Below are positions 39,818-49,052 of a stretch of 64,000 nt of DNA, one piece after another; positions within the stretch are counted from its first letter, which is position 1, and every line of letters starts with the position of its first letter. The stretch is from Candidatus Latescibacterota bacterium (GTDB taxonomy: Bacteria; Latescibacterota; UBA2968): positions 61,425-125,424 of the forward strand of contig JAYODI010000008.1 of the NCBI GenBank assembly GCA_038279365.1, written 5' to 3'. A program made the translations under genes and the position numbers. The notes beneath the pieces are model-generated. The model did no database searches, was not told the DNA's origin, and worked only from the letters and a program-made list of their open reading frames with translations.

Positions 39818-40531
39818 ATGAACAAAAGCCTTGCCACAAACCTCATCACCATTGCCCTTATAGGCATAGGCTATATCAGCCCAGTCTATTCTGATCATAT
39901 CTTAGCCATAGGTCTTTTTGCCACATCGGGTGCCATCACCAACTGGCTTGCCATTCATATGCTTTTTGAAAAAGTGCCAGGTCTTTATGGTTCAGGTGTC
40001 ATTCCCAGTCGTTTTGAAGAATTTAAGGCTGGAATCCACACTTTAATTATGAAACAATTTTTTACGGCCGAAAATGTTGCCAATTTTTTTGCCGCCCAAA
40101 CAGAAGACATGAAAAAGTCCTTTGATCCTCAACCCGTTATTGACGCCATAGACTTCGATAGAATTTTTGTACGGCTTGTTGAGGCCATTGTCAGCTCACC
40201 CTTTGGCAGCATGCTAAGTTTTGTTGGTGGGCCATCTGCTTTGCAACCGCTAAAAGAACCCTTTGTAGAAAAAGTACAAGATGAAATTCATATTCTGTTG
40301 GCCTCTCCCAACTTTCTCGATGCCATTCAAAATGCAATAGGCGGTTCAGACCACACAGAAGAAATCATCCAAAAAGTAGACGCCATAGTGATTCATCGCC
40401 TCAACGAGTTAACACCAGAAATTGTCAAAATGATCATTCAAGACATGATCCGAAAGCATCTGGGTTGGTTGGTTGTATGGGGCGGCGTGTTTGGTGGGCT
40501 CATTGGCCTCGGCACCAGTATTTTACTCTAA
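39818..40531 (+). CDS. DUF445-family membrane protein
   Basis: GAITNWLAIHMLFEKVP..YGSGVIP, HLGWLVVWGGVFGGLIG. Confidence 0.85.
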   Translation: MNKSLATNLITIALIGIGYISPVYSDHILAIGLFATSGAITNWLAIHMLFEKVPGLYGSGVIPSRFEEFKAGIHTLIMKQFFTAENVANFFAAQTEDMKKSFDPQPVIDAIDFDRIFVRLVEAIVSSPFGSMLSFVGGPSALQPLKEPFVEKVQDEIHILLASPNFLDAIQNAIGGSDHTEEIIQKVDAIVIHRLNELTPEIVKMIIQDMIRKHLGWLVVWGGVFGGLIGLGTSILL

Positions 40532-40726
40532 ATTAAGGCCCCAATATGTCCACTTCACGTGGCAATGTACCAAAGCATTCCCCATCATCTTTCGCAACCG
40601 CCAAAATTTATACCTAAACAGATTTACAAGGAACCATTTGCAAGCGAAACAGTTATATATGATATAGCAATTTTTCCTTGAAATACTTTAATCCCGAAAT
40701 CATCTGATTACCCATTGGAGACAAAC

Positions 40727-41398
40727 ATGAAAATCAATCTGTACGGTTTGTTGATGCTCTTTTTGTTTGTGAGCACCTCGGGTGCAGAAACACAACAAAA
40801 CTGGACATTTGAAGAATTAAAAGCAGGGGATTTGCCCGAAAATTGGGAAAAAATGGAAACCAATGGCAAAGACGCACCCGCCCATTGGGAAGTTCGAGAA
40901 GATGATACGTACACCCGTTCGCTCAATAAAAACGTTCTAAGTATCACCAACAACCCCAATCGCGGTGAAATGGGCAATTTGCTAGTTACCAAAGTTGGCG
41001 TATTTAAAAACATAGAAGTCAGTACAAAGATCAAACCTGGTACCATAGGCAAAGATGCTGGTGGTGGGCTTATTTGGCGTATAATAGACAATAAACACTA
41101 TTACCTTGCCCAATGGAATGCCACCTCCAACAGTTTGCGGCTTTATGTTTATATCAACGGCAAACCTTCTCTGCTCGAATCCGTATCGATTGAAGCCGAT
41201 CTAGACACTTGGCACCAAATGGATGTGATTCACAATGAAGAAGAAATCGAGATTCTCTTTGACAACGAATCAAAAATAGCCGTACAAGACAAACAACTCG
41301 ATTTTAAGGGTTGGATAGGTTTGTGGGCACAAGGCAGTGCCTTGCCTTCATTCGACGATGTGATTCTCTATTCCCCAGAAGATGGTGAAAGCGAGTAA
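40727..41398 (+). CDS. Secreted concanavalin A-like (DUF1080-like) protein
   Basis: Signal peptide; GGGLIWR...HYY, WHQM, GWIGLW...FDDV. Confidence 0.65.
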   Translation: MKINLYGLLMLFLFVSTSGAETQQNWTFEELKAGDLPENWEKMETNGKDAPAHWEVREDDTYTRSLNKNVLSITNNPNRGEMGNLLVTKVGVFKNIEVSTKIKPGTIGKDAGGGLIWRIIDNKHYYLAQWNATSNSLRLYVYINGKPSLLESVSIEADLDTWHQMDVIHNEEEIEILFDNESKIAVQDKQLDFKGWIGLWAQGSALPSFDDVILYSPEDGESE

Positions 41399-41421
41399 GT
41401 TTCATTTTGTATTGTACCCTA

Positions 41422-41454
41422 AAAAAAGCGACATCCATTGGATGTCGCTTTTTT
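41422..41454. terminator. Bidirectional intrinsic terminator
   Basis: AAAAAAGCGACATCC / GGATGTCGCTTTTTT between convergent genes. Confidence 0.82.
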
Positions 41455-41490
41455 AATAAACAGAGAGCCATCTCGTTTAATCCACCAGTG

Positions 41491-42117
41491 CTACCACTTC
41501 TCCACCCAGTCTTTTACTTCTCCCAACGCCTCGCGTTTCTCCTCAACCCACGTGAGCATGGTATGCCCCACTTCTTGATCAGCATGGGCTTGCGCCCATT
41601 TTTCGGTAAAATCCAACAACCGAGCCGCATAAGGTTTATTCAAGCTTGCCAAAATACCAAAAGCCTTTTGTGCATCCTCAACACGGTCCAACTCCAAATA
41701 AGCTTCTGCTCGATACTCAATGGCCTCTGCATACGTTGGACTTAAAGCCAAAGCTTTATCATAAGCAGTTAATGCATCGACCAAGTTGCCCGTTTTGCGC
41801 CGCACATATCCCAAACTGCTATAGGCTTGATAAAATTGATCATCATTTTCAACAGCTTTTTCAAATTCTGCAAGGGCTCGTAGATAGGTGTGCTGAATAA
41901 ATTTGGCATAAGCCGCACGGTCTTTTTCTGTTTTTGTACCCGCCATTTTTTCTTCATACACCCAAGCCGCATCGCGATGCCGCAAGCCTTCTTTATAATG
42001 TTTTTCTGCCGCCTGATTTTGCCCCGTTCGTGGCACTCGCGGTGCCGACCCACCCGGTGCTGCTTCTACACAACAAGCAATCAACACCCCAACCACCACC
42101 AAACCATATCGCCACAT
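41491..42117 (-). CDS. Secreted TPR-repeat protein
   Basis: Signal-like N-terminus; AYSSLGYV...A...YDKAL.L.P.YAEA. Confidence 0.8.
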   Translation of the reverse strand: MWRYGLVVVGVLIACCVEAAPGGSAPRVPRTGQNQAAEKHYKEGLRHRDAAWVYEEKMAGTKTEKDRAAYAKFIQHTYLRALAEFEKAVENDDQFYQAYSSLGYVRRKTGNLVDALTAYDKALALSPTYAEAIEYRAEAYLELDRVEDAQKAFGILASLNKPYAARLLDFTEKWAQAHADQEVGHTMLTWVEEKREALGEVKDWVEKW

Positions 42118-42149
42118 TTTAACGCTCCTTTTCCCTCCAAGCTTGTTCC

Positions 42150-43325
42150 TTAAATTTTTTGAGCTGCCCTACGAATGGCATCTGCAATTGCATTCACCTT
42201 TTCCTGATCGTTATCGGGGTGCATCCCAATCAATACCGCCCGACTTAAAATATCCAATGACTTGGGGCACATATCCTCGGTGTATTCGATATTGAGGGCT
42301 TTGTTTTCAGCCAAATTAAATGGGTTTAATGCCGGATGATGCGCACCTTGCTTGCGCAATATAGGATCCCAGCGCGTATAAACATGTCTGCCCGTATCAA
42401 TGGGCAAAAAGGCTTTGCCCACCGTTTCCTTCATGCTGCTTGCAAAACGTCTGGCTTTTTCTTCGCTTTCAAACACAAAACCCAAATGCGTACCACACTC
42501 GTAATCAACGCTGTGATTTGTAATAGATGTCAAACCTGCTTCTTCGCCCACTTTCAACAACGTGCGTTTGTGACTCCGCATACGATCCAACATTTCATCA
42601 ATGCGTTCCAACTGTGCATTTAAAATGGCTCCCGAAACTTCTGTGGCTCTGTAATTCAAACCTGCAAATTGTTCATCTGGCCGATGGTCTTCGGCATTCC
42701 AATAATAAGAACAACAATCTGTAGATACAGACCCACGCCTAAATATAGATTCATCTCGCGTGACAAATGCGCCACCTTCACCACTGGTCATATTCTTAAA
42801 ATAATTAAAACTAAATGCCCCCACATGCCCAATGGCCCCCAACATCTTACCTTCATATCCCCCACCCACGGCCTGACATGCATCTTCTAAAACAAAAATA
42901 CCATGACGATCTGCAATTTCCATAATCGCCTTCATATCACAGGGCAACCCCCACATATGCACAGGAATAATGGCTTTGGTATGGGGTTTTATTTTTTTCT
43001 CAATATCTTCAGGAGAAATGGTCATCGACTCATCAACTTCTGCAATAATAGGAATGGCTCCGGCAGCCACAACCGCCAATGCCGTAGCCATATACGTGCA
43101 TGCAGGCACAATGACCGAATCTCCTGGACCAATTTTCATACCCACCAACGCACAGTAAAGAGAAGCAGTGCCACTGGTGGTCATGCGCACTTGCACCCCG
43201 CCCAACCGTTTGCCCCAATCGGCCTCAAACTGATCACACTCTCCAGCTTTGCCATACCGAAACATTTCACCGCTTTCCAACAGTTTTTCAACGCGTTTTG
43301 CCTCTGCTTCTCCAATGCGATACAC
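42150..43325 (-). CDS. DegT/DnrJ/EryC1/StrS PLP-dependent aminotransferase
   Basis: SGTASL, PVHMWG, EDACQA, FSFNYFKNMTSGEGG, NYR. Confidence 0.92.
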   Translation of the reverse strand: MYRIGEAEAKRVEKLLESGEMFRYGKAGECDQFEADWGKRLGGVQVRMTTSGTASLYCALVGMKIGPGDSVIVPACTYMATALAVVAAGAIPIIAEVDESMTISPEDIEKKIKPHTKAIIPVHMWGLPCDMKAIMEIADRHGIFVLEDACQAVGGGYEGKMLGAIGHVGAFSFNYFKNMTSGEGGAFVTRDESIFRRGSVSTDCCSYYWNAEDHRPDEQFAGLNYRATEVSGAILNAQLERIDEMLDRMRSHKRTLLKVGEEAGLTSITNHSVDYECGTHLGFVFESEEKARRFASSMKETVGKAFLPIDTGRHVYTRWDPILRKQGAHHPALNPFNLAENKALNIEYTEDMCPKSLDILSRAVLIGMHPDNDQEKVNAIADAIRRAAQKI

Positions 43326-43339
43326 AAGTCACCTCCAGG

Positions 43340-45079
43340 TTATTCAACCCAAGTCAATGGCACCCACTCACGCACCGAATTAATCATAAAAAGTGCGTCT
43401 GCCTGTTTGATATCTGCCTCGGTTAATATCTGTTCTGCTATCTTGCCTTGAGCCAACAATTCATCACGAAAAGTACCCGCCAACAAACCACAGTCCACAG
43501 GTGGCGTCATATACGCACCTTTTTTTTTGACCACAATATTTCCAATGCTGCATTCTGTCACTTCGCCACGCTCATTCACCAGAATCACTTCCTCACAATC
43601 GGGGCGTTCAGCCAACCGATTTGTGTAAACATTTCGCGACGTCGTTTTGTGAAACAACATCACATCTTGGCTGCTCACAGGTGTCTTGGCAAACCCCACG
43701 CGCCAAGCGTGTGCCTGAGCGGGTGATAATGGAACCGCTTCAACCAACACCTGACCTGACCGTTTTAAAACACAACGCACCCGGTGCGATTCTTTGTCAA
43801 AATGTTTGGCTTTGTCGCGCAAACAATCTACAACGCGTTTGCGGTCAAAACAAAAACCAAAATATATGGCCGATGCCTCTAACCGACTCAAATGGCGGTC
43901 CAACAAAAAGTACCCACCGATTGGATCATGGCGCAACGTTTCAAACAAATCAAAATCAGACCGTCCCGATGTCAAAACCCTGGCCTTGGTTAAACACTCA
44001 TCATACTCACCATCTGTTGACGAATCAAATGTAATGCCCCCACCCACGCCAAACTCTGCAAGTCCCGTTTCTCGGTTGATACACACAGTGCGAATGGCCA
44101 CATTAAAACACGCCTCACCATGTGGAGACACATAACCAATGCTGCCTGTATATATGCCACGCGGGTCGGGCTCAACCTCTGCAACAATCTCCATTGTGCG
44201 CAACTTGGGGGCTCCCGTTACCGATCCACAAGGAAACATGGCCGTCATCAACTGCGAAAAAGAAACCCCTTCGTTTGGTTGAGAGGTTACTGTAGAAGTC
44301 ATCTGTAAAACGGTCTCATACCGTTCCACTTCCCACAAAACAGGTACAGAAACACTCCCTGCTTGACTTACCCGCCCCAAATCATTGCGCAACAGATCAA
44401 CAATCATCACATTTTCGGCCCGATCTTTTTCAGACCGTTGAAGCCTATTTCTATTTTCTTCATCTTCTGCCAACCAACGCCCCCGAGCGCCCGTACCTTT
44501 CATTGGGCGCGTGGTCAAACACCCATCCTTTAATTGAAAAAAAAGCTCTGGGGATGCCGAGAGAATCTGGTATTTGCCCATATCCAAATAAGCCGCATAA
44601 TCTGTACGCTGGTTTTGGCACAAATGACGATAAAACCGACGTGCATCCCCATCAAACTTGGCACGCAAGCGAAACGTATAATTAACTTGATACGTATCAC
44701 CTGCCACAATATAATTGCGAACCTTACGCATCATATCGTCATACATTGGCCGTGTGACAGATGCTTGCCAATCCGATAATGTATATTTGCCCTCATTTTC
44801 AGCTTTGGCGTGCCATATTTCTCTGCGGGCAAAAATCCCAAACCAAATCAAAGGCAACCCATTGGCCTCTTGGGTCACCAACTTGGCATCCAACCCACTG
44901 GCGGCTTCATAGCTCAAAAAGCCTGCGGCGTGAAAACCTTGTGCCACCGCATCATCTATGATACACAACGCATCCTTAACTTCATGTGGCTCATATGCCA
45001 CCACTTCTTTTTGCAAATCGCAAAACCGATAAGAATGGCCTCCCAGATACGATTCCAACAAAACAATGGGTTCTTGCAT
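43340..45079 (-). CDS. pabB: Fused aminodeoxychorismate synthase component I / class IV PLP lyase (PabB-PabC)
   Basis: GDTYQVN, SPELF, PMKGT, AENVMIVDLLRNDLGR, SVTGAPK; C-terminal FETL, HL.RL, HKT, E....N, GLLAGT.R, NSVR. Confidence 0.9.
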   Translation of the reverse strand: MQEPIVLLESYLGGHSYRFCDLQKEVVAYEPHEVKDALCIIDDAVAQGFHAAGFLSYEAASGLDAKLVTQEANGLPLIWFGIFARREIWHAKAENEGKYTLSDWQASVTRPMYDDMMRKVRNYIVAGDTYQVNYTFRLRAKFDGDARRFYRHLCQNQRTDYAAYLDMGKYQILSASPELFFQLKDGCLTTRPMKGTGARGRWLAEDEENRNRLQRSEKDRAENVMIVDLLRNDLGRVSQAGSVSVPVLWEVERYETVLQMTSTVTSQPNEGVSFSQLMTAMFPCGSVTGAPKLRTMEIVAEVEPDPRGIYTGSIGYVSPHGEACFNVAIRTVCINRETGLAEFGVGGGITFDSSTDGEYDECLTKARVLTSGRSDFDLFETLRHDPIGGYFLLDRHLSRLEASAIYFGFCFDRKRVVDCLRDKAKHFDKESHRVRCVLKRSGQVLVEAVPLSPAQAHAWRVGFAKTPVSSQDVMLFHKTTSRNVYTNRLAERPDCEEVILVNERGEVTECSIGNIVVKKKGAYMTPPVDCGLLAGTFRDELLAQGKIAEQILTEADIKQADALFMINSVREWVPLTWVE

Positions 45080-45100
45080 TCATTTTCCCAAAAATATTTA

Positions 45101-45943
45101 TTATGGGGTTTCCAAATACCGATTGTTCACAGACCAAATATATTGTGCTTCATAACCAAATTCGCGTTGGGCATGCAGACAACTCATCGGAGATTCTACC
45201 CCCATCAAATTGCCATGATCTGCGACATCTTTGCAATATTGATGCACCAGTTCACCAGCATCCATCTCCAACAACACACGCGCACCCGTAATATTATATG
45301 GCCCAGAAGCAGGTGCATCGGCTTCAACCGCCAAACGACAGGCTCTTGCGGCATCTCGCACATCGGTGCGCGTCCACAACAAAGCCCCACCTTTTTCTGG
45401 GTGTGCCACCAACACATCAATTTCCCGGTTCAACTCGTCGGGAGATCGAATGCCCATAAATCGAAACGACAAGATCTCCAAGCCAAAGTTTTTTACAAAA
45501 TAATCTGCCGCTTGCTCACCCGCCACTTTAGAAAGCGCATAACAATTGATCGGCCGGGTCGGGTGTGATTCGTCTACCCGCACAAATTCTGGAGGCGCAC
45601 CAGCAAAACCATAGACCTGCGCGCTGGAAGCAGATATGACCCGCTTAATGCCCAATTCTGCACACGCTTGAAACAGATTAAACGTGCCCTGCACATTTTC
45701 GCCATAGGTGCGCGTATCTGGCACCACCCCCGGGTTTGCCCATGCCCCCATATGTACAACCGCTTCAGCATTTGCCCGCGCCAGTGCCTGATAAATTTCA
45801 CCCGACTTTGTCAGATCAACAACCAATCCCGTCTTTTGGCCTGATACAATATCAACACCCAAAACCCGATGCCCAGCATCTTGGAGATTTTGTACGGCAT
45901 AATGGCCTATGCGTCCACTGCTACCTGTTACCAAAACATTCAT
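45101..45943 (-). CDS. NAD-dependent epimerase/dehydratase
   Basis: VTGSSGRIG, ASS, YALSK. Confidence 0.88.
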   Translation of the reverse strand: MNVLVTGSSGRIGHYAVQNLQDAGHRVLGVDIVSGQKTGLVVDLTKSGEIYQALARANAEAVVHMGAWANPGVVPDTRTYGENVQGTFNLFQACAELGIKRVISASSAQVYGFAGAPPEFVRVDESHPTRPINCYALSKVAGEQAADYFVKNFGLEILSFRFMGIRSPDELNREIDVLVAHPEKGGALLWTRTDVRDAARACRLAVEADAPASGPYNITGARVLLEMDAGELVHQYCKDVADHGNLMGVESPMSCLHAQREFGYEAQYIWSVNNRYLETP

Positions 45944-45945
45944 AT

Positions 45946-46749
45946 CTACCCCACAGAAACCAAATCATCAACGGTGAGAGCCCCTTCGCCAAAAACCAAC
46001 GAAAATTGCTCTCTCCGTGTTGACTGCGTTGCCCCATCCATATAACACACACTAAAAGCACGTCGGGGAATATCTGTCTGATTGATCCCAGAACTGTGTA
46101 AAGTCCAATTGTGCAACACCACAGAATCTCCAGCCTTTAACTCCAAATTGAAAGGCTCATGTTTTGATACAATCTGATCAATGTGTTCTTCTGTCAAAAA
46201 ACCCGATCCATGTTCTGGGTTGACCAACCGATGATGCGACCCAGGAATCAACCGAACACAACCATTGGCAAGCGTGGCTGGGTCTAATGCCGTCCAAATC
46301 GTAATCATCGGATCTCTATCCAAATCGGTCCATCGATCTTGGTGCCACCCCAAGTCCGTACCTTCACGAGCAGGTTTGTTCATAAACATGGCTCTAAAAC
46401 AAGCTATGGATGAGGCCCCTTTGTATGCCCGATCACACACCGCTCGAAAAATAGGCTTTTGTAAAAAAGACAAAAACAGAGGGTCCAGTTCCAAGTCTTG
46501 AATTTTGCGATACAACAAAGTGGCCCCCTTGTGGCCCTTACTTTGTGGCCCCGGTTTGTTATCGCGCGCAGGGTCTCTGTCCAACTGCATCATGACCCGA
46601 TCATAATCAATGGATGCTTTGCCCAGCATAATGTCATCCATGCGCGTTTGTAAACCCTCTAACTCACCCTCATCCATCACATTACCCAAGTGCAAAAAAC
46701 CATCTTTTTCAAACTTTGCCCACTGATCATCTGTAATTTGTGCACCCAT
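45946..46749 (-). CDS. Phytanoyl-CoA dioxygenase (PhyH) family protein
   Basis: FEKDGF, WHQD, WTALD....NGC..IPGSH, LHSS, RRA. Confidence 0.9.
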   Translation of the reverse strand: MGAQITDDQWAKFEKDGFLHLGNVMDEGELEGLQTRMDDIMLGKASIDYDRVMMQLDRDPARDNKPGPQSKGHKGATLLYRKIQDLELDPLFLSFLQKPIFRAVCDRAYKGASSIACFRAMFMNKPAREGTDLGWHQDRWTDLDRDPMITIWTALDPATLANGCVRLIPGSHHRLVNPEHGSGFLTEEHIDQIVSKHEPFNLELKAGDSVVLHNWTLHSSGINQTDIPRRAFSVCYMDGATQSTRREQFSLVFGEGALTVDDLVSVG

Positions 46750-46802
46750 TATTCACTCTCCAAACTTGAAAACAAATTTCAAACAAAAAACCAAAAAAAT
46801 CA

Positions 46803-48233
46803 TTACCGTGCCGTGTAATCGGCTTCCAAATGACACGGCCTGCCAAAACGGGCCAAAAGTGCCACACGTGCCAACCCATGCAACAAAAAACTTGGCCCCA
46901 TTTGTGATTCATACCAATCGATGCCCGTAGCCCCCCGCGGCAAAGGGTTGTCCAAGTACAAACCCATTACACGTTCAGACAAATTCAAACCCGCATCCAA
47001 CCATTTCTGATCACCCGTGATATCGTACAAATCGGCCAAAACACCAATGCCCAATCCGGCATCCATAGCCGGTGCTTGAATATCTTGAGGAAAAACCTCA
47101 CTCACATATCCCTCGCCAACAGAAGCGGCCCAATTTAACAACCGTTCGTCTTGGGTTAAACGATAGGCACACAAACACGTCAGGGCCATATAAGATGCAG
47201 GCCAAACCCCATATTTACTGCCCCAAATAGGCATGGTTTGTTTGATCTCATTTGTACCACGTTTACAACTTAAAACATAAACATGTTCAGACAACTGATG
47301 TGGCGCCTGAAAAAAACCTTGAATATAAACCGCTGCCCGCTCTCGCATCGTTTGGGCCAAATCAGGCAACCGTTCTTCCAGCAAATTGGCAGACTCCAAC
47401 AAGCTTACACCCAAAGAAAGTGTTTGCCCCGGTGCATTAACCTGATAAAAGTTTTCGTCATCCTCAGGGCATCGGCTTTCAATCAACAACAAACCCAATG
47501 CATCTTTACGATGCCACCAATAATCCAACATACGATGTATTTGTTCTACAAAATCTTCACGCCCCGTTTGCACATATGCAAACGCCCAATCAAAAATATA
47601 AAATCCACCATGCCTTGGAAAATCGCAAGACCGCTTGCCACGCACATAAGAGCGTTTTTCCATAATATAGGCATGTCGGATATATTCCAAGGGTTCCCCT
47701 TCCGTCCAATGTCCATTTATCCCTTCGGCAAATTGTTCTACCGCTTTTGGGTGATATGCCCATATTTTTTCCCACAACCACAAAGGCGCTTGGCGCAAAT
47801 GATCGTGTGTGGTTTGACTTTGTCGCCCATCGTTTCGCAACTGATAGCTGTCTCCAACGCGGTCTTCTGCCAAATGCCAATACGCATGCTCGCCCCAAGG
47901 AAAGATCCCTGTGGGTGTGTCCGTACAATGGGTGGCAAATCGTTTTATGTAACGGTCTGCGGCCAAAGCATAGTCTGGTCTCTCCAATGTTTTTGCCAAC
48001 CCATAAAGTGTCTTTAATGCGGCCTGGTCGTGAATGAGATTGCACCCCAAATGCGAGCGATCACCATCGCGTTGCCCCGCAATGCCTTGGGGCATGGTCA
48101 TCATCATTTGATTTGTAGACAAATCGACAATAGAAGGCCACAAACCCTCAAATTGATCTCCCAAACCTATTAACACATCCAATGATTGACAAACGCGCTT
48201 TAAAATTTCATCGGGGGTCATATCCACATCCAT
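46803..48233 (-). CDS. Hypothetical (alpha/alpha)-toroid protein, remote PL2 pectate-lyase-like
   Basis: CNLIHDQ..L.TL..L, TG.FPWGEH and DFPRHG segments resemble PL2 motifs. Confidence 0.6.
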   Translation of the reverse strand: MDVDMTPDEILKRVCQSLDVLIGLGDQFEGLWPSIVDLSTNQMMMTMPQGIAGQRDGDRSHLGCNLIHDQAALKTLYGLAKTLERPDYALAADRYIKRFATHCTDTPTGIFPWGEHAYWHLAEDRVGDSYQLRNDGRQSQTTHDHLRQAPLWLWEKIWAYHPKAVEQFAEGINGHWTEGEPLEYIRHAYIMEKRSYVRGKRSCDFPRHGGFYIFDWAFAYVQTGREDFVEQIHRMLDYWWHRKDALGLLLIESRCPEDDENFYQVNAPGQTLSLGVSLLESANLLEERLPDLAQTMRERAAVYIQGFFQAPHQLSEHVYVLSCKRGTNEIKQTMPIWGSKYGVWPASYMALTCLCAYRLTQDERLLNWAASVGEGYVSEVFPQDIQAPAMDAGLGIGVLADLYDITGDQKWLDAGLNLSERVMGLYLDNPLPRGATGIDWYESQMGPSFLLHGLARVALLARFGRPCHLEADYTAR

Positions 48234-48242
48234 TTCTAAAGG

Positions 48243-49040
48243 TTACATCTTTGCCCACGTATCCAACCATTTTTTATAACCCGTCTCAACAGGTTCGATA
48301 TTGCCCACTTCAAACTCAAGTGCATAATCGCGATCATAGCCCAATGCTTCAACATGATCCCATACCCATTTATAGTCAATCACCCCATCACCCAACATAC
48401 ACCGTTCCCATTTGCCTTCGGCATTGTATTTGCCATCTTTTACATGTACATGCACAATATGATCTTTAAATGTTTCAAAAGCAGATTTGTATTCGGTGCC
48501 CACCGCCATCAAATTACATGGTTCATACAATATACCAAAATAAGGAGACCCCACTTTTTCCGAAATTTCTTTACACGCCTCAGGGTTTCCCGAAATTTCA
48601 CCGCCGTGATTCTCAATCCCCATATAAACGCCAACCCGTTCTGCATATTCTGCCGATTCTTTAAAATAAGGTACAACCACGTCCAACGCTGACAAGGTAC
48701 CATCTCCAGGAAAAATCCGAATTGACTTGGCCCCAAACTCTTTGGCCACATCCAACGTCTTTTTCATCTCATCCATTGCTGCCAAACGCACATCTTGAGA
48801 CGCATCAGAAAACCCACGCCCACAATAAGACCCAATATTGGCCAAGCCAACCCCATATTTATCCACCACACGTCTTAATTCTTGAATATCGTAAGCGGAA
48901 TCCGTTACCGAAAAATGTGGCATGCGCCCCACCAAATCTATCCGATCAAAACCCGCCTCAGAAATCACCTTAAATGTATAATCCAAATCTTTTTCTTTTA
49001 AAGGAAAACTACAGGCAGATACCCGAGAAACGTCCATCAC
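48243..49040 (-). CDS. Sugar phosphate isomerase/epimerase
   Basis: GFDRIDL, GIENH, YEPCN, HVHVKD, LGDG.ID, LEFE. Confidence 0.85.
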   Translation of the reverse strand: MMDVSRVSACSFPLKEKDLDYTFKVISEAGFDRIDLVGRMPHFSVTDSAYDIQELRRVVDKYGVGLANIGSYCGRGFSDASQDVRLAAMDEMKKTLDVAKEFGAKSIRIFPGDGTLSALDVVVPYFKESAEYAERVGVYMGIENHGGEISGNPEACKEISEKVGSPYFGILYEPCNLMAVGTEYKSAFETFKDHIVHVHVKDGKYNAEGKWERCMLGDGVIDYKWVWDHVEALGYDRDYALEFEVGNIEPVETGYKKWLDTWAKM

Positions 49041-49052
49041 TTATCTCCTTAT

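Noticed and set aside
43340..45079. PabB-PabC fusion as a novelty
   Set aside because: Well-known, widespread fusion; pabA is often unlinked
44810..45568. 252-aa plus-strand ORF (similarly 47283-48017, 53643-54272 and 60799-61458)
   Set aside because: Antisense to well-supported genes, with no RBS or domain signature
42150..46749. DegT aminotransferase + PabB + epimerase + PhyH as a natural-product cluster
   Set aside because: No scaffold-forming enzyme, carrier protein, glycosyltransferase or resistance gene; these families recur in catabolic contexts in this window
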